Below are positions 40,396-47,434 of a DNA stretch of 62,463 nucleotides, one piece after another. Origin of the DNA: a virus (Duplodnaviria; Caudoviricetes). Every line of letters begins with the position of its first letter. Positions within the stretch are counted from its first letter, which is position 1. The notes under the pieces were generated by a model. The model was not told where the DNA came from. It searched no databases and worked only from the letters and a program-made list of their open reading frames with translations. A program made the translations under genes and the position numbers. The stretch spans positions 1 through 62,463 of the IMG/VR virus record IMGVR_UViG_3300017788_000024; one strand, given 5' to 3'.

Positions 40396-41122
40396 CTATC
40401 TTTCCTGCTTGGGTTGTGAGATGTTCCCAACTAACTGGGAAGATTTTCTTCATGATGTCACCTATGGCCTTTGCATATTGCCTGATCTCCCACTGTGCAT
40501 GAGGATCTATTCGTAGATTGTAGAATCTTGCATAGGCTGAAAGAGAACCAGTCCAAATCCATTCAGTGTAGGTGCCTTGAGGTAGGACGAACCTTGCTTG
40601 CTCGGGGGCTACACCATATGAAAGAAGTGTGTTGTATGCATATGAGGCGTGATTTACCGCATCATTGTATGCCTTGTCAAGAATACTTAATATTGATTCT
40701 GAATCATCTTCAAGATCGGAATCAATGAAATCAAGGGAACCTTGCTTGTTGTTCTTTGCCTTGTTCCTCCATACAGGAAGGTAGATCTGTGGCTCTCTTT
40801 GCTCTACATATCTGCCTGATATCTCGTTCTCTACAAAGCCCTGCTTGTGCTTGAAGAACTGAGTCCTAATGGGAAAGGGAGCCTTGATCCTCATTCTTAC
40901 TTGAGGATGGGCAAAGGGAGTCCAATGGTTGTTCTTGGCAAGGTATTCAATCAACTTGACATCCTTGTCAGATAACTTTCCTACTCCAGTCGAATCAAAG
41001 GAGCCGTATTCACTCTCCTTGTCAAAGGAAACACGGGCAGCATTCACTACAGTGAGGTCTGATCCCATGAAATCCAACAACTGAACATGTCCTAAATCAA
41101 GCACTTCAATATCCATGGTCAT
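40367..41122 (-). CDS. thyX: flavin-dependent thymidylate synthase
   Basis: VNAARVSF, HWTPF, KH...NEISGRY, EQARFVLP, HAQWEIR. Confidence 0.96.
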   Translation of the reverse strand: MTMDIEVLDLGHVQLLDFMGSDLTVVNAARVSFDKESEYGSFDSTGVGKLSDKDVKLIEYLAKNNHWTPFAHPQVRMRIKAPFPIRTQFFKHKQGFVENEISGRYVEQREPQIYLPVWRNKAKNNKQGSLDFIDSDLEDDSESILSILDKAYNDAVNHASYAYNTLLSYGVAPEQARFVLPQGTYTEWIWTGSLSAYARFYNLRIDPHAQWEIRQYAKAIGDIMKKIFPVSWEHLTTQAGKIDAMGQTQLS

Positions 41123-41570
41123 TCAACTCCTGTAGTAAAGTATTAGGAGTCTGTGCATGGAGGGGTCCAATCTCCATGCACAGATCCAGCATTTCCTTGG
41201 TGAAGGAAACACAATCTTTCTTGTTCTTATACAAGCCAAGACTGTAGAACCAAGCATAACTGGACCACAACTTAACATCTCTTTGTTCAGAGTTAATGAC
41301 AAAGAATGAAAGAGGGTGCCTTGCTTGTCCGATATGGACCTCCCTGCACGGCTCTCCAAAGCAACGCAAGGATATCTTTTCCTTCAGCCACTTGATGCTA
41401 CTACTTGACAATCCCTTGGTGAATGGATGAACTATCCAATCATTTAACTTGATGGCAAGATGATTGACAGTCATGTCCAAGCCAATGAGAGTCAAGGGCT
41501 TGCTGTGCCATTTGAGGTAGCCAGCCCTGTACTCCTTGCCAAAACAGTAGCCAAGAACGGATACATTCAT
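41106..41570 (-). CDS. hypothetical protein
   Basis: 154 aa, coupled to both neighbours. Confidence 0.55.
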   Translation of the reverse strand: MNVSVLGYCFGKEYRAGYLKWHSKPLTLIGLDMTVNHLAIKLNDWIVHPFTKGLSSSSIKWLKEKISLRCFGEPCREVHIGQARHPLSFFVINSEQRDVKLWSSYAWFYSLGLYKNKKDCVSFTKEMLDLCMEIGPLHAQTPNTLLQELNDHGY

Positions 41571-41893
41571 ACCGACACGGCCTGATCCCGAAGCAACTGT
41601 GCTTGCTTTTCGGAGAACTCCTTGGTCTCCTCGGCAATGCTGCGCATGTTGTAGTCAGAATTATCATACTGAGCAGTGGTGTTGTAGTACATGTGCCTTC
41701 TCACGTCGCGCAATGCAGCAATGATGTGCCGCTCAAGAGCGAACACCTCCGAATACACGCTGACGGACTTAACGAACTCGGCATCCCTTGCCAAGCATGT
41801 GTAGTTATCAATAAGATTCTTCTTGAAGTTGAGGAGATCGACGATGAGGGCCTCAAGGGTCTCATCAATTGTGGTGTTCTCATTCTGACACAT
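41567..41893 (-). CDS. hypothetical protein
   Basis: 108 aa, TAATG coupling. Confidence 0.6.
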   Translation of the reverse strand: MCQNENTTIDETLEALIVDLLNFKKNLIDNYTCLARDAEFVKSVSVYSEVFALERHIIAALRDVRRHMYYNTTAQYDNSDYNMRSIAEETKEFSEKQAQLLRDQAVSV

Positions 41894-42837
41894 TAGGTAC
41901 CGGCTCCAGTAAGGGCGTAACTAAAGAGATCTTCCTTCTTGTCGGCATTGGTGCCGAAGAGATTGGAAGTGAAACGATTCTCGATCTTGTTGTCTCCACG
42001 GAACGGAGTGTTGTGATCGATCCAATTGGTGACGGCATTGAATGCAGTCCAGAGATTGGAACCGAACATCTCGGACTCGCGATCAAAGACCTGATACCAT
42101 CTCATGATGGCATCCGTCTTCTTGTTGAGTCTTCGCTCGTCCTTCTTGTTTCGAGGATTCCACTCGACAGGACCAGAGACAATGGCGTAGGCCTTGTCAA
42201 AGAAACTAGACAGGCTTGACTTGTCAACCTGCTGAACGGACATCCAATTGGCATGCATGGCGAACTCATGGGTTCTGTTGTAGAACTCACCAAGGGTGTT
42301 CATGACGCCCGTGATCTTGCTTGCCATGTCGCCTTTGTGTCGGATGCTGATGTAATGACCAGACCTTCGACCATCCTTGATGGCAAGATTCAAGGTGTTC
42401 TCGCAGATCACGCGGACGCTGGTAGGAGTTCCACCAAGCGAGTGAAGACCATCATGACCATTGGTAAGAAGAAGATAAGGATGAATGACATCCCCTCCTC
42501 TGCTACCAATCTCAAACGAGTCTGCCTGCACGGCAAACCAGACCCTCTCGCCACCGCGAAGTTCACCAGCATTGGTAACCTTCATGTTGGTGTTCTTGGT
42601 GATGGTCTCAGCCATGTAGACAAGTTCGGAATTTTGAACGATCTGATAGTCCTTGCCCACGATGCCGAGAACACGACCATTGTCCGTTCTCACCGTGGCA
42701 CGCTTGCTTGTAGTGTAGCCTTCACTGGAAGGACACGGAGCGTGAAGACAAGAAGAAAGTTCAACATGCCAATTCAACCTTGCATCACGAAGGATGTCAT
42801 CCTTGGTGGTGCTTCCAGCAATATCAAGAATGCTCAT
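41893..42837 (-). CDS. DUF932-family phage/plasmid protein
   Basis: VRTD...LGIVG..Y.IVQN, AG.L.GG.RVW, N.HDG, T.VRV.CENTL, LW.AFNAVT.W.DH. Confidence 0.85.
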   Translation of the reverse strand: MSILDIAGSTTKDDILRDARLNWHVELSSCLHAPCPSSEGYTTSKRATVRTDNGRVLGIVGKDYQIVQNSELVYMAETITKNTNMKVTNAGELRGGERVWFAVQADSFEIGSRGGDVIHPYLLLTNGHDGLHSLGGTPTSVRVICENTLNLAIKDGRRSGHYISIRHKGDMASKITGVMNTLGEFYNRTHEFAMHANWMSVQQVDKSSLSSFFDKAYAIVSGPVEWNPRNKKDERRLNKKTDAIMRWYQVFDRESEMFGSNLWTAFNAVTNWIDHNTPFRGDNKIENRFTSNLFGTNADKKEDLFSYALTGAGT

Positions 42838-43027
42838 TGTTTTTCCTTTGAGTCTTGATGAAGTAGGAGAACGGGATCCATTCGGATTCGACACGAACCC
42901 ATCCGTCCTCGGTATAGTCCTCAATTAGACCTGACTTGAAGAAGTTCTCCATGGAGACAAACTCCATCATAGGTAGAGTCCCTCTCGTATTCGTTGGGTT
43001 GATCTTGCCAGAATTCATGTACTTCAA
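42824..43027 (-). CDS. hypothetical protein
   Basis: 67 aa, GGAGG RBS. Confidence 0.45.
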   Translation of the reverse strand: MKYMNSGKINPTNTRGTLPMMEFVSMENFFKSGLIEDYTEDGWVRVESEWIPFSYFIKTQRKNNEHS

Positions 43028-43220
43028 TCTCCTCCGGGAACGAGTCCTCGGGACAGAAGTTCAACATCAATTCTATCGATCTCCTCCTGAAGTTCAAGCA
43101 CAGTTGGTCCTTGCTCAAAAGAGATCTCTTTGGCATTGATCTTTTCCTGCATCATGTTGAATATGCTTCTTGCCATTATCAACACGGAATCATCCATGTT
43201 GTCCAGAGTTTTTGGAGAAT

Positions 43221-43589
43221 TCACCAAACTTGAAATCCTCCAGAGTTTCTGACAAAGGATATCCAACTCTTCAGCCAAGCAGGATCAATTGCATATGCAG
43301 GGATCAACGAAGGTGGGCATGTAGGATCATTCTCAAATGGATTGTAACTCTCAAGATCCTTGAACTCCTTGTCATAGAGTTCCTGCATCCTGTCAGCACA
43401 GACTTCCACTAGTTCGCTAGGGATCCCCTTGCCATCATTATACGACATTTTCTCATCCAGATCCTTTCCATATATACTACTACAAGCCATGCTCATAAAC
43501 GAATGGATTCCTCTCCATCCCCAGACATTTGCTCTGAAGTAGTTATTGGTAGGATCCTTAGGATTAGAAGCATAAACATCCATTCCCAT
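43221..43589 (-). CDS. hypothetical phage protein
   Basis: MGMDVY...YFRANVWGWR...FVRNSGGFQVW; AAAGGA RBS. Confidence 0.7.
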   Translation of the reverse strand: MGMDVYASNPKDPTNNYFRANVWGWRGIHSFMSMACSSIYGKDLDEKMSYNDGKGIPSELVEVCADRMQELYDKEFKDLESYNPFENDPTCPPSLIPAYAIDPAWLKSWISFVRNSGGFQVW

Positions 43590-43623
43590 GATTAGTCCTT
43601 TCTTTATACTAGGTTATTGGGAA

Positions 43624-43677
43624 GTAAGTCACAACATGTGATAACGAAAGGATTTATACCTCCGTAAGTCACAACAT
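43624..43677. repeat. 14-bp direct repeat pair in an intergenic region (possible regulatory site)
   Basis: gtaagtcacaacat at 43624 and 43664; each is followed on the minus strand by GTATAAA. Confidence 0.75.
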
Positions 43678-43850
43678 TAAGAACCAAACCCGCCAGTTCC
43701 CGTCATTGCAATTTCTGCTTTGGGAGTGATGTCCTTCATACTAAATCCAGCAATCAAGAGTTCCATTTGCCCTTGATCTAGGACCACAATGGAACATCCG
43801 TTTATTCCTGAATATGTTTCACCATCGCTTAGGACTACAAAAGTATACAT
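43677..43850 (-). CDS. 57-aa hypothetical protein ending in GTGGFGS
   Basis: TAATG coupling with the upstream gene; manual translation MYTFVVLSDGETY...MTGTGGFGS*. Confidence 0.6.
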   Translation of the reverse strand: MYTFVVLSDGETYSGINGCSIVVLDQGQMELLIAGFSMKDITPKAEIAMTGTGGFGS

Positions 43851-44230
43851 TAGACATCCTTTGTCAGTCGAGAATAATGACCATAAAGAAATCTTTCCCG
43901 ATCATCGTCTGCTCTTTGCAGAAGATACTCTTTAATAATTTCCCTGCCATACTCAGGATTAACGATCTCCAAATAATCCTTTGACTCATCCAAATGACTC
44001 TTGAGGAAGTCAACTAGAGTAGGGATAAGATTCATGGGGAAGTTCCGAGCAATGGCAAAGTTATTGTCAACAAACCCATGGTCATTGTATTCAGACCATG
44101 TGCCGTAATTGTAGTTCCTGAATGAAAGAATGGCAACCTCAACATAACCCTCTGTACACTCAGTACTTACAACACTAATGCCCCAATGGTTGTTGAAACG
44201 CCATCTAATGCTTACATTGTATCTAGACAC
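43850..44230 (-). CDS. hypothetical protein
   Basis: Probable GTG start; RFNNHWGISVV...VEVAIL. Confidence 0.55.
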   Translation of the reverse strand: MSRYNVSIRWRFNNHWGISVVSTECTEGYVEVAILSFRNYNYGTWSEYNDHGFVDNNFAIARNFPMNLIPTLVDFLKSHLDESKDYLEIVNPEYGREIIKEYLLQRADDDRERFLYGHYSRLTKDV

Positions 44231-44630
44231 CTTGCTTTTGCTCCGTATGCATTGTGATGTAGATGAAATCATACCCCTCAGGAACTGCTTCTCCATCCCC
44301 AAGTTCATAGGAAATGTAGATGGTCCTGATGATAAGATCATTCTCCATGATCTTGAAGGTATAACCTGAGTCTAGTCTTAGCCAAAGTTTAAGACTATTT
44401 CCTATACCAATAGTTCCTATGCCAACCTGATTGACATCAAACCAAATCTTATTATCTTCCCGATGATAGGACTTGGAAACCTTGATGATCAAGGAGTTGC
44501 TCAGCAGATCAAAAGTGACATCATCCAGACTAAACTTGAAGTCATAAAATGAAATCCTTCCATCAAAGCATGACTTGTACTGCAAAACCTTGAAGAGAAA
44601 TCCATCCAACGAATCTACAATCTTGAACAT
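44223..44630 (-). CDS. hypothetical protein
   Basis: 135 aa, AAGGAG RBS. Confidence 0.6.
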   Translation of the reverse strand: MFKIVDSLDGFLFKVLQYKSCFDGRISFYDFKFSLDDVTFDLLSNSLIIKVSKSYHREDNKIWFDVNQVGIGTIGIGNSLKLWLRLDSGYTFKIMENDLIIRTIYISYELGDGEAVPEGYDFIYITMHTEQKQGV

Positions 44631-44639
44631 GACATCTCC

Positions 44640-44852
44640 TTAGATGTGGTCCAGAAGTTCCCTTCGTAGTTTTGCGTTGTCCTCGTCTTCTAGAAAACGA
44701 CGAATCTTGTCAAGGGCTTCCTTGTGAATCTGGCAGACGCGCTGTCGAGTGAGCCTCTCACCTGAGATGGCATGCCACGCATCGATCACCTCGTCAAGAG
44801 TTCGGATCGGAGCGAACATGCCCGAGGTAGATGGAGGAATTGTCTTCTCCAT
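44640..44852 (-). CDS. stand-alone sigma-70 region-4-like HTH protein
   Basis: RTLDEV...LTRQRVCQIHKEALDKIR resembles region 4.2 TLEEVG...VTRERIRQIE.KAL.KLR; AAGGAG RBS. Confidence 0.7.
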   Translation of the reverse strand: MEKTIPPSTSGMFAPIRTLDEVIDAWHAISGERLTRQRVCQIHKEALDKIRRFLEDEDNAKLRRELLDHI

Positions 44853-44872
44853 GAGTAGTCATCTCCTTAATA

Positions 44873-44944
44873 TGGTCCCGGTGGGAATCGAACCCACGAC
44901 CCATTGATTAAAAGTCAACTGCTCTGCCGCTGAGCCACGGGACC
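44873..44944 (-). tRNA. tRNA-Lys(UUU)
   Basis: GGTCCCG acceptor stem, anticodon loop CTTTTAA, GTTCGATTC T-loop. Confidence 0.95.
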
Positions 44945-44947
44945 GCG

Positions 44948-45020
44948 CGTTCCCGGCAGGAATTGAACCTGCAACCTACTGCTTAGAAGGCAGTTACTCT
45001 ATCCGTTGAGTTACGGGAAC
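44948..45020 (-). tRNA. tRNA-Arg(UCU)
   Basis: GTTCCCG acceptor stem, anticodon loop CTTCTAA, GTTCAATTC T-loop. Confidence 0.95.
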
Positions 45021-45221
45021 TCAATAGGGACTGTGCTTCTCGATCCTGATCTTGTTCCACTTGAACCAATCGATGATGTGCATGACGAGCGCAGCACCCC
45101 AAAGAACGCCCGTGTACACCCCCACGGTAACCAATGCAGACAAGTCATACAAGTGACCTACTGAAATGCTTGCAATCCCACAAGCAACGAGAACCAATCC
45201 CAACACAAACAAGTCCTTCAT
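45021..45221 (-). CDS. small membrane protein between tRNA genes
   Basis: MKDLFVLGLVLVACG..., two TM segments, AAAGGA RBS. Confidence 0.6.
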   Translation of the reverse strand: MKDLFVLGLVLVACGIASISVGHLYDLSALVTVGVYTGVLWGAALVMHIIDWFKWNKIRIEKHSPY

Positions 45222-45251
45222 AGTCTGGATCCTTTCTGGGTTATTACCCAA

Positions 45252-45326
45252 TAGGCCGGGCAGGATTCGAACCTGCGTCTCCCCAATTATAAGTCGGGGT
45301 GCTTTGGACCGCTGAGCCACCAGCCC
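45252..45326 (-). tRNA. tRNA-Ile(UAU)
   Basis: GGGCTGG acceptor stem, anticodon loop CTTATAA, GTTCGAATC T-loop. Confidence 0.92.
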
Positions 45327-45520
45327 AAAGGCTACTGCATGAGTCAACATACAGTAGCCCATAGACCACACCATGCCTGATGTGGAATCTTCGCCTAGCC
45401 TTTTTGCAAGCAGCCTGTTCGGCTTTGCCTAGGCGAACCCGAGGAGACCTAGGTCGTTGTCTTATACCTCGGTTCTGCAATTGACAGGTATAGCGTAGCG
45501 CGTTGCGTCACTGTGTTGCA

Positions 45521-45556
45521 AGGAAAGAAGCCTAGGATATTTCTACCCTAGGCTTC
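45521..45556 (-). terminator. terminator-like hairpin
   Basis: GAAGCCTAGG/CCTAGGCTTC stem, GAAA loop, short TTTCCTT tail. Confidence 0.55.
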
Positions 45557-45794
45557 ACGGCTATGGTAACCTATAAGACCTCTCTGCCAACAAGGTCTTA
45601 ACTCCAATTACTTTTCTAGCAGTAATTGAACGGCATTTTATGTGTCCTGCTATTTATATCCCGCCTACAGGCTAGGTTGCTTGCGGTCCCCTTCTGGCTA
45701 GAACCAAGGCTAGGGATAGCCTCAAGAATTCTAGGGTATTTCTACCCTAGAATCCTCAACCCGTCTATAAGCCGGACGGGGACGGGGCGGGGTC

Positions 45795-46031
45795 TTAGGC
45801 CTTCGCTTCCGAAGTTGCCGCCGGGGTCTCAACCTTCTTCGCCAACTTGCGCTCCACGCAAACGGCGATCAATGCCTCGATCTTTGCAGGGTCTCGCATA
45901 GTACCCTGCTCAACCATTCCCACCATTCCAAGCAAGCCATGGTCATCCATGGCACGATACCGCTCCAACGCTGACTGCCGTTGGGTGACGGTGACGGCGT
46001 ACTTCACGCCATCTAACAGAAATGTAGGCAT
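45795..46031 (-). CDS. early hypothetical protein
   Basis: 78 aa, AGGAG RBS. Confidence 0.65.
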   Translation of the reverse strand: MPTFLLDGVKYAVTVTQRQSALERYRAMDDHGLLGMVGMVEQGTMRDPAKIEALIAVCVERKLAKKVETPAATSEAKA

Positions 46032-46144
46032 GTCCTACTCCTAAGTTGCCTGTATCCACAGGCAAGGTAGTGAAAGTGTACCAGAAACACTCTGGTACAT
46101 GAAACACCCGTCAAGCCTTCCCGCTCAACGGGCGCGAAAGAGGA

Positions 46145-46531
46145 TCACCTCTCATGCTTGCACAGGAACATCGAACAACGAACTGCCACTGTGTGCAGTT
46201 CAGACTCCTGAACTAGAATCTTCCGAATCGACTTGGAACCGTTGGAGACATCCTCCTTGTCGGAGTCGGTGTAGTTATGAACCGGCTCATTTTCGTACTT
46301 CTCCGTGAACTCGATCAGTCGTTCAAGAGTATCCAAGAGCAAGGTCAACTTCTGAACAAACTTCTTCCAATCCAACATGGTAGCATCAACCACGATCACA
46401 TCCGTGGCAACGCTCTCCTGCGTGGATTCATCCACGCTCCGTACTCTAGACATCCTGTCTAGAATCTTCAACCCTCGGAGACGGAAGTCTCCAAGGACAG
46501 ACCTATAGTAATGGTCTATGTACTCTGACAT
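46145..46531 (-). CDS. early hypothetical protein
   Basis: Start MSEYIDHY after AAAGGA RBS. Confidence 0.55.
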   Translation of the reverse strand: MSEYIDHYYRSVLGDFRLRGLKILDRMSRVRSVDESTQESVATDVIVVDATMLDWKKFVQKLTLLLDTLERLIEFTEKYENEPVHNYTDSDKEDVSNGSKSIRKILVQESELHTVAVRCSMFLCKHER

Positions 46532-46622
46532 GCATGCTTCCTTTCCGGCAGGCACACCCCACCGTGCCCTGCCACATCTGCCCGGCAGCCCCCGGGCTTA
46601 CCACCGGGGGCTGCGGTCCGGG

Positions 46623-46876
46623 GTACACTCCGGGGTAGAAAAAAGCAGATACCCCCAAGGATGTACCCATGTACCCAAAATCGTACCAAAAGTACCCCAA
46701 GGCGTACCCAAAAGGCACGAACTACGGTACGGTACGAGTACAATGCGGTACTTAGGGGTACCCTACGGTACGGATTACGGTATGGTAAAAGTACCATGCG
46801 GTACATAGGGGTACCCCACGACGTACCGTAGGGTATGGTATGGTAGGGCATGGTACAGTAGGGTACCGTGGGTACC
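46623..46876. repeat. GTAC-dense non-coding array
   Basis: 19 GTAC tetramers counted in about 255 bp. Confidence 0.9.
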
Positions 46877-46901
46877 TTTCTTCATCTCCTTCTTGCTTCA
46901 T

Positions 46902-47324
46902 TTAGCCATTCTTCTGCTTGTATCCCTCCTTGACATGGAGATGGGTGTGCCACCCAGTGGCACGCGCCTCAGCGGTGAACTTCTTGAAGAACTGCCACTT
47001 GGCCTCCGACAGGTTGGGATTCCTGACGGTGACCGAGATCTTCTCTCCCGAGACAGTATGAACTGCCTTCGCGGAGACGAGGAACTCGTCCCCAATCTTC
47101 TCCAAGGAGATGTGGGGAGTCTCCCACTGATTGGGGATGAAGTCCCACCCCAATGCCTTCAACTTCATCTTCAAGGGAGCGTAGGGCATGCCCACGCTCA
47201 CCTTGAACGGGAGACTGCTGATGTCTCCCTCGATGTTGGTGACGGCATACGTCCTGTCCACGATGATCGAAATCATCGTGGTCCTGTCCTTGGACAAGAT
47301 CAGGTGGTGCAACGATCCACGCAT
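46902..47324 (-). CDS. early hypothetical protein
   Basis: GGAGG RBS before ATG at 47324; a downstream alternative start (MISIIVDRT) is possible. Confidence 0.6.
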   Translation of the reverse strand: MRGSLHHLILSKDRTTMISIIVDRTYAVTNIEGDISSLPFKVSVGMPYAPLKMKLKALGWDFIPNQWETPHISLEKIGDEFLVSAKAVHTVSGEKISVTVRNPNLSEAKWQFFKKFTAEARATGWHTHLHVKEGYKQKNG

Positions 47325-47434
47325 GACAACCTCCGGTGCTAAGCACCGATAGAGAAATGAACGCCCAGCCACGTTGGCTGGGTAAATCCTCCGCCCCCGG
47401 TTAAGGGAGCGGAGGGTTCCACGCCCTGCGTGCG

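Noticed and set aside
44873-45326. tRNAs as a prophage attachment site or host DNA boundary
   Set aside because: Phage-type genes lie on both sides on the same strand; no integrase or duplicated tRNA end is seen
45021-45480. Long ORFs 45021-45374 and 45244-45480
   Set aside because: They overlap tRNA-Ile; only the 45221 start has an RBS
46503-46851. ORFs across the GTAC array
   Set aside because: Low-complexity Y/G/P/T translations produced by the repeat; no convincing RBS
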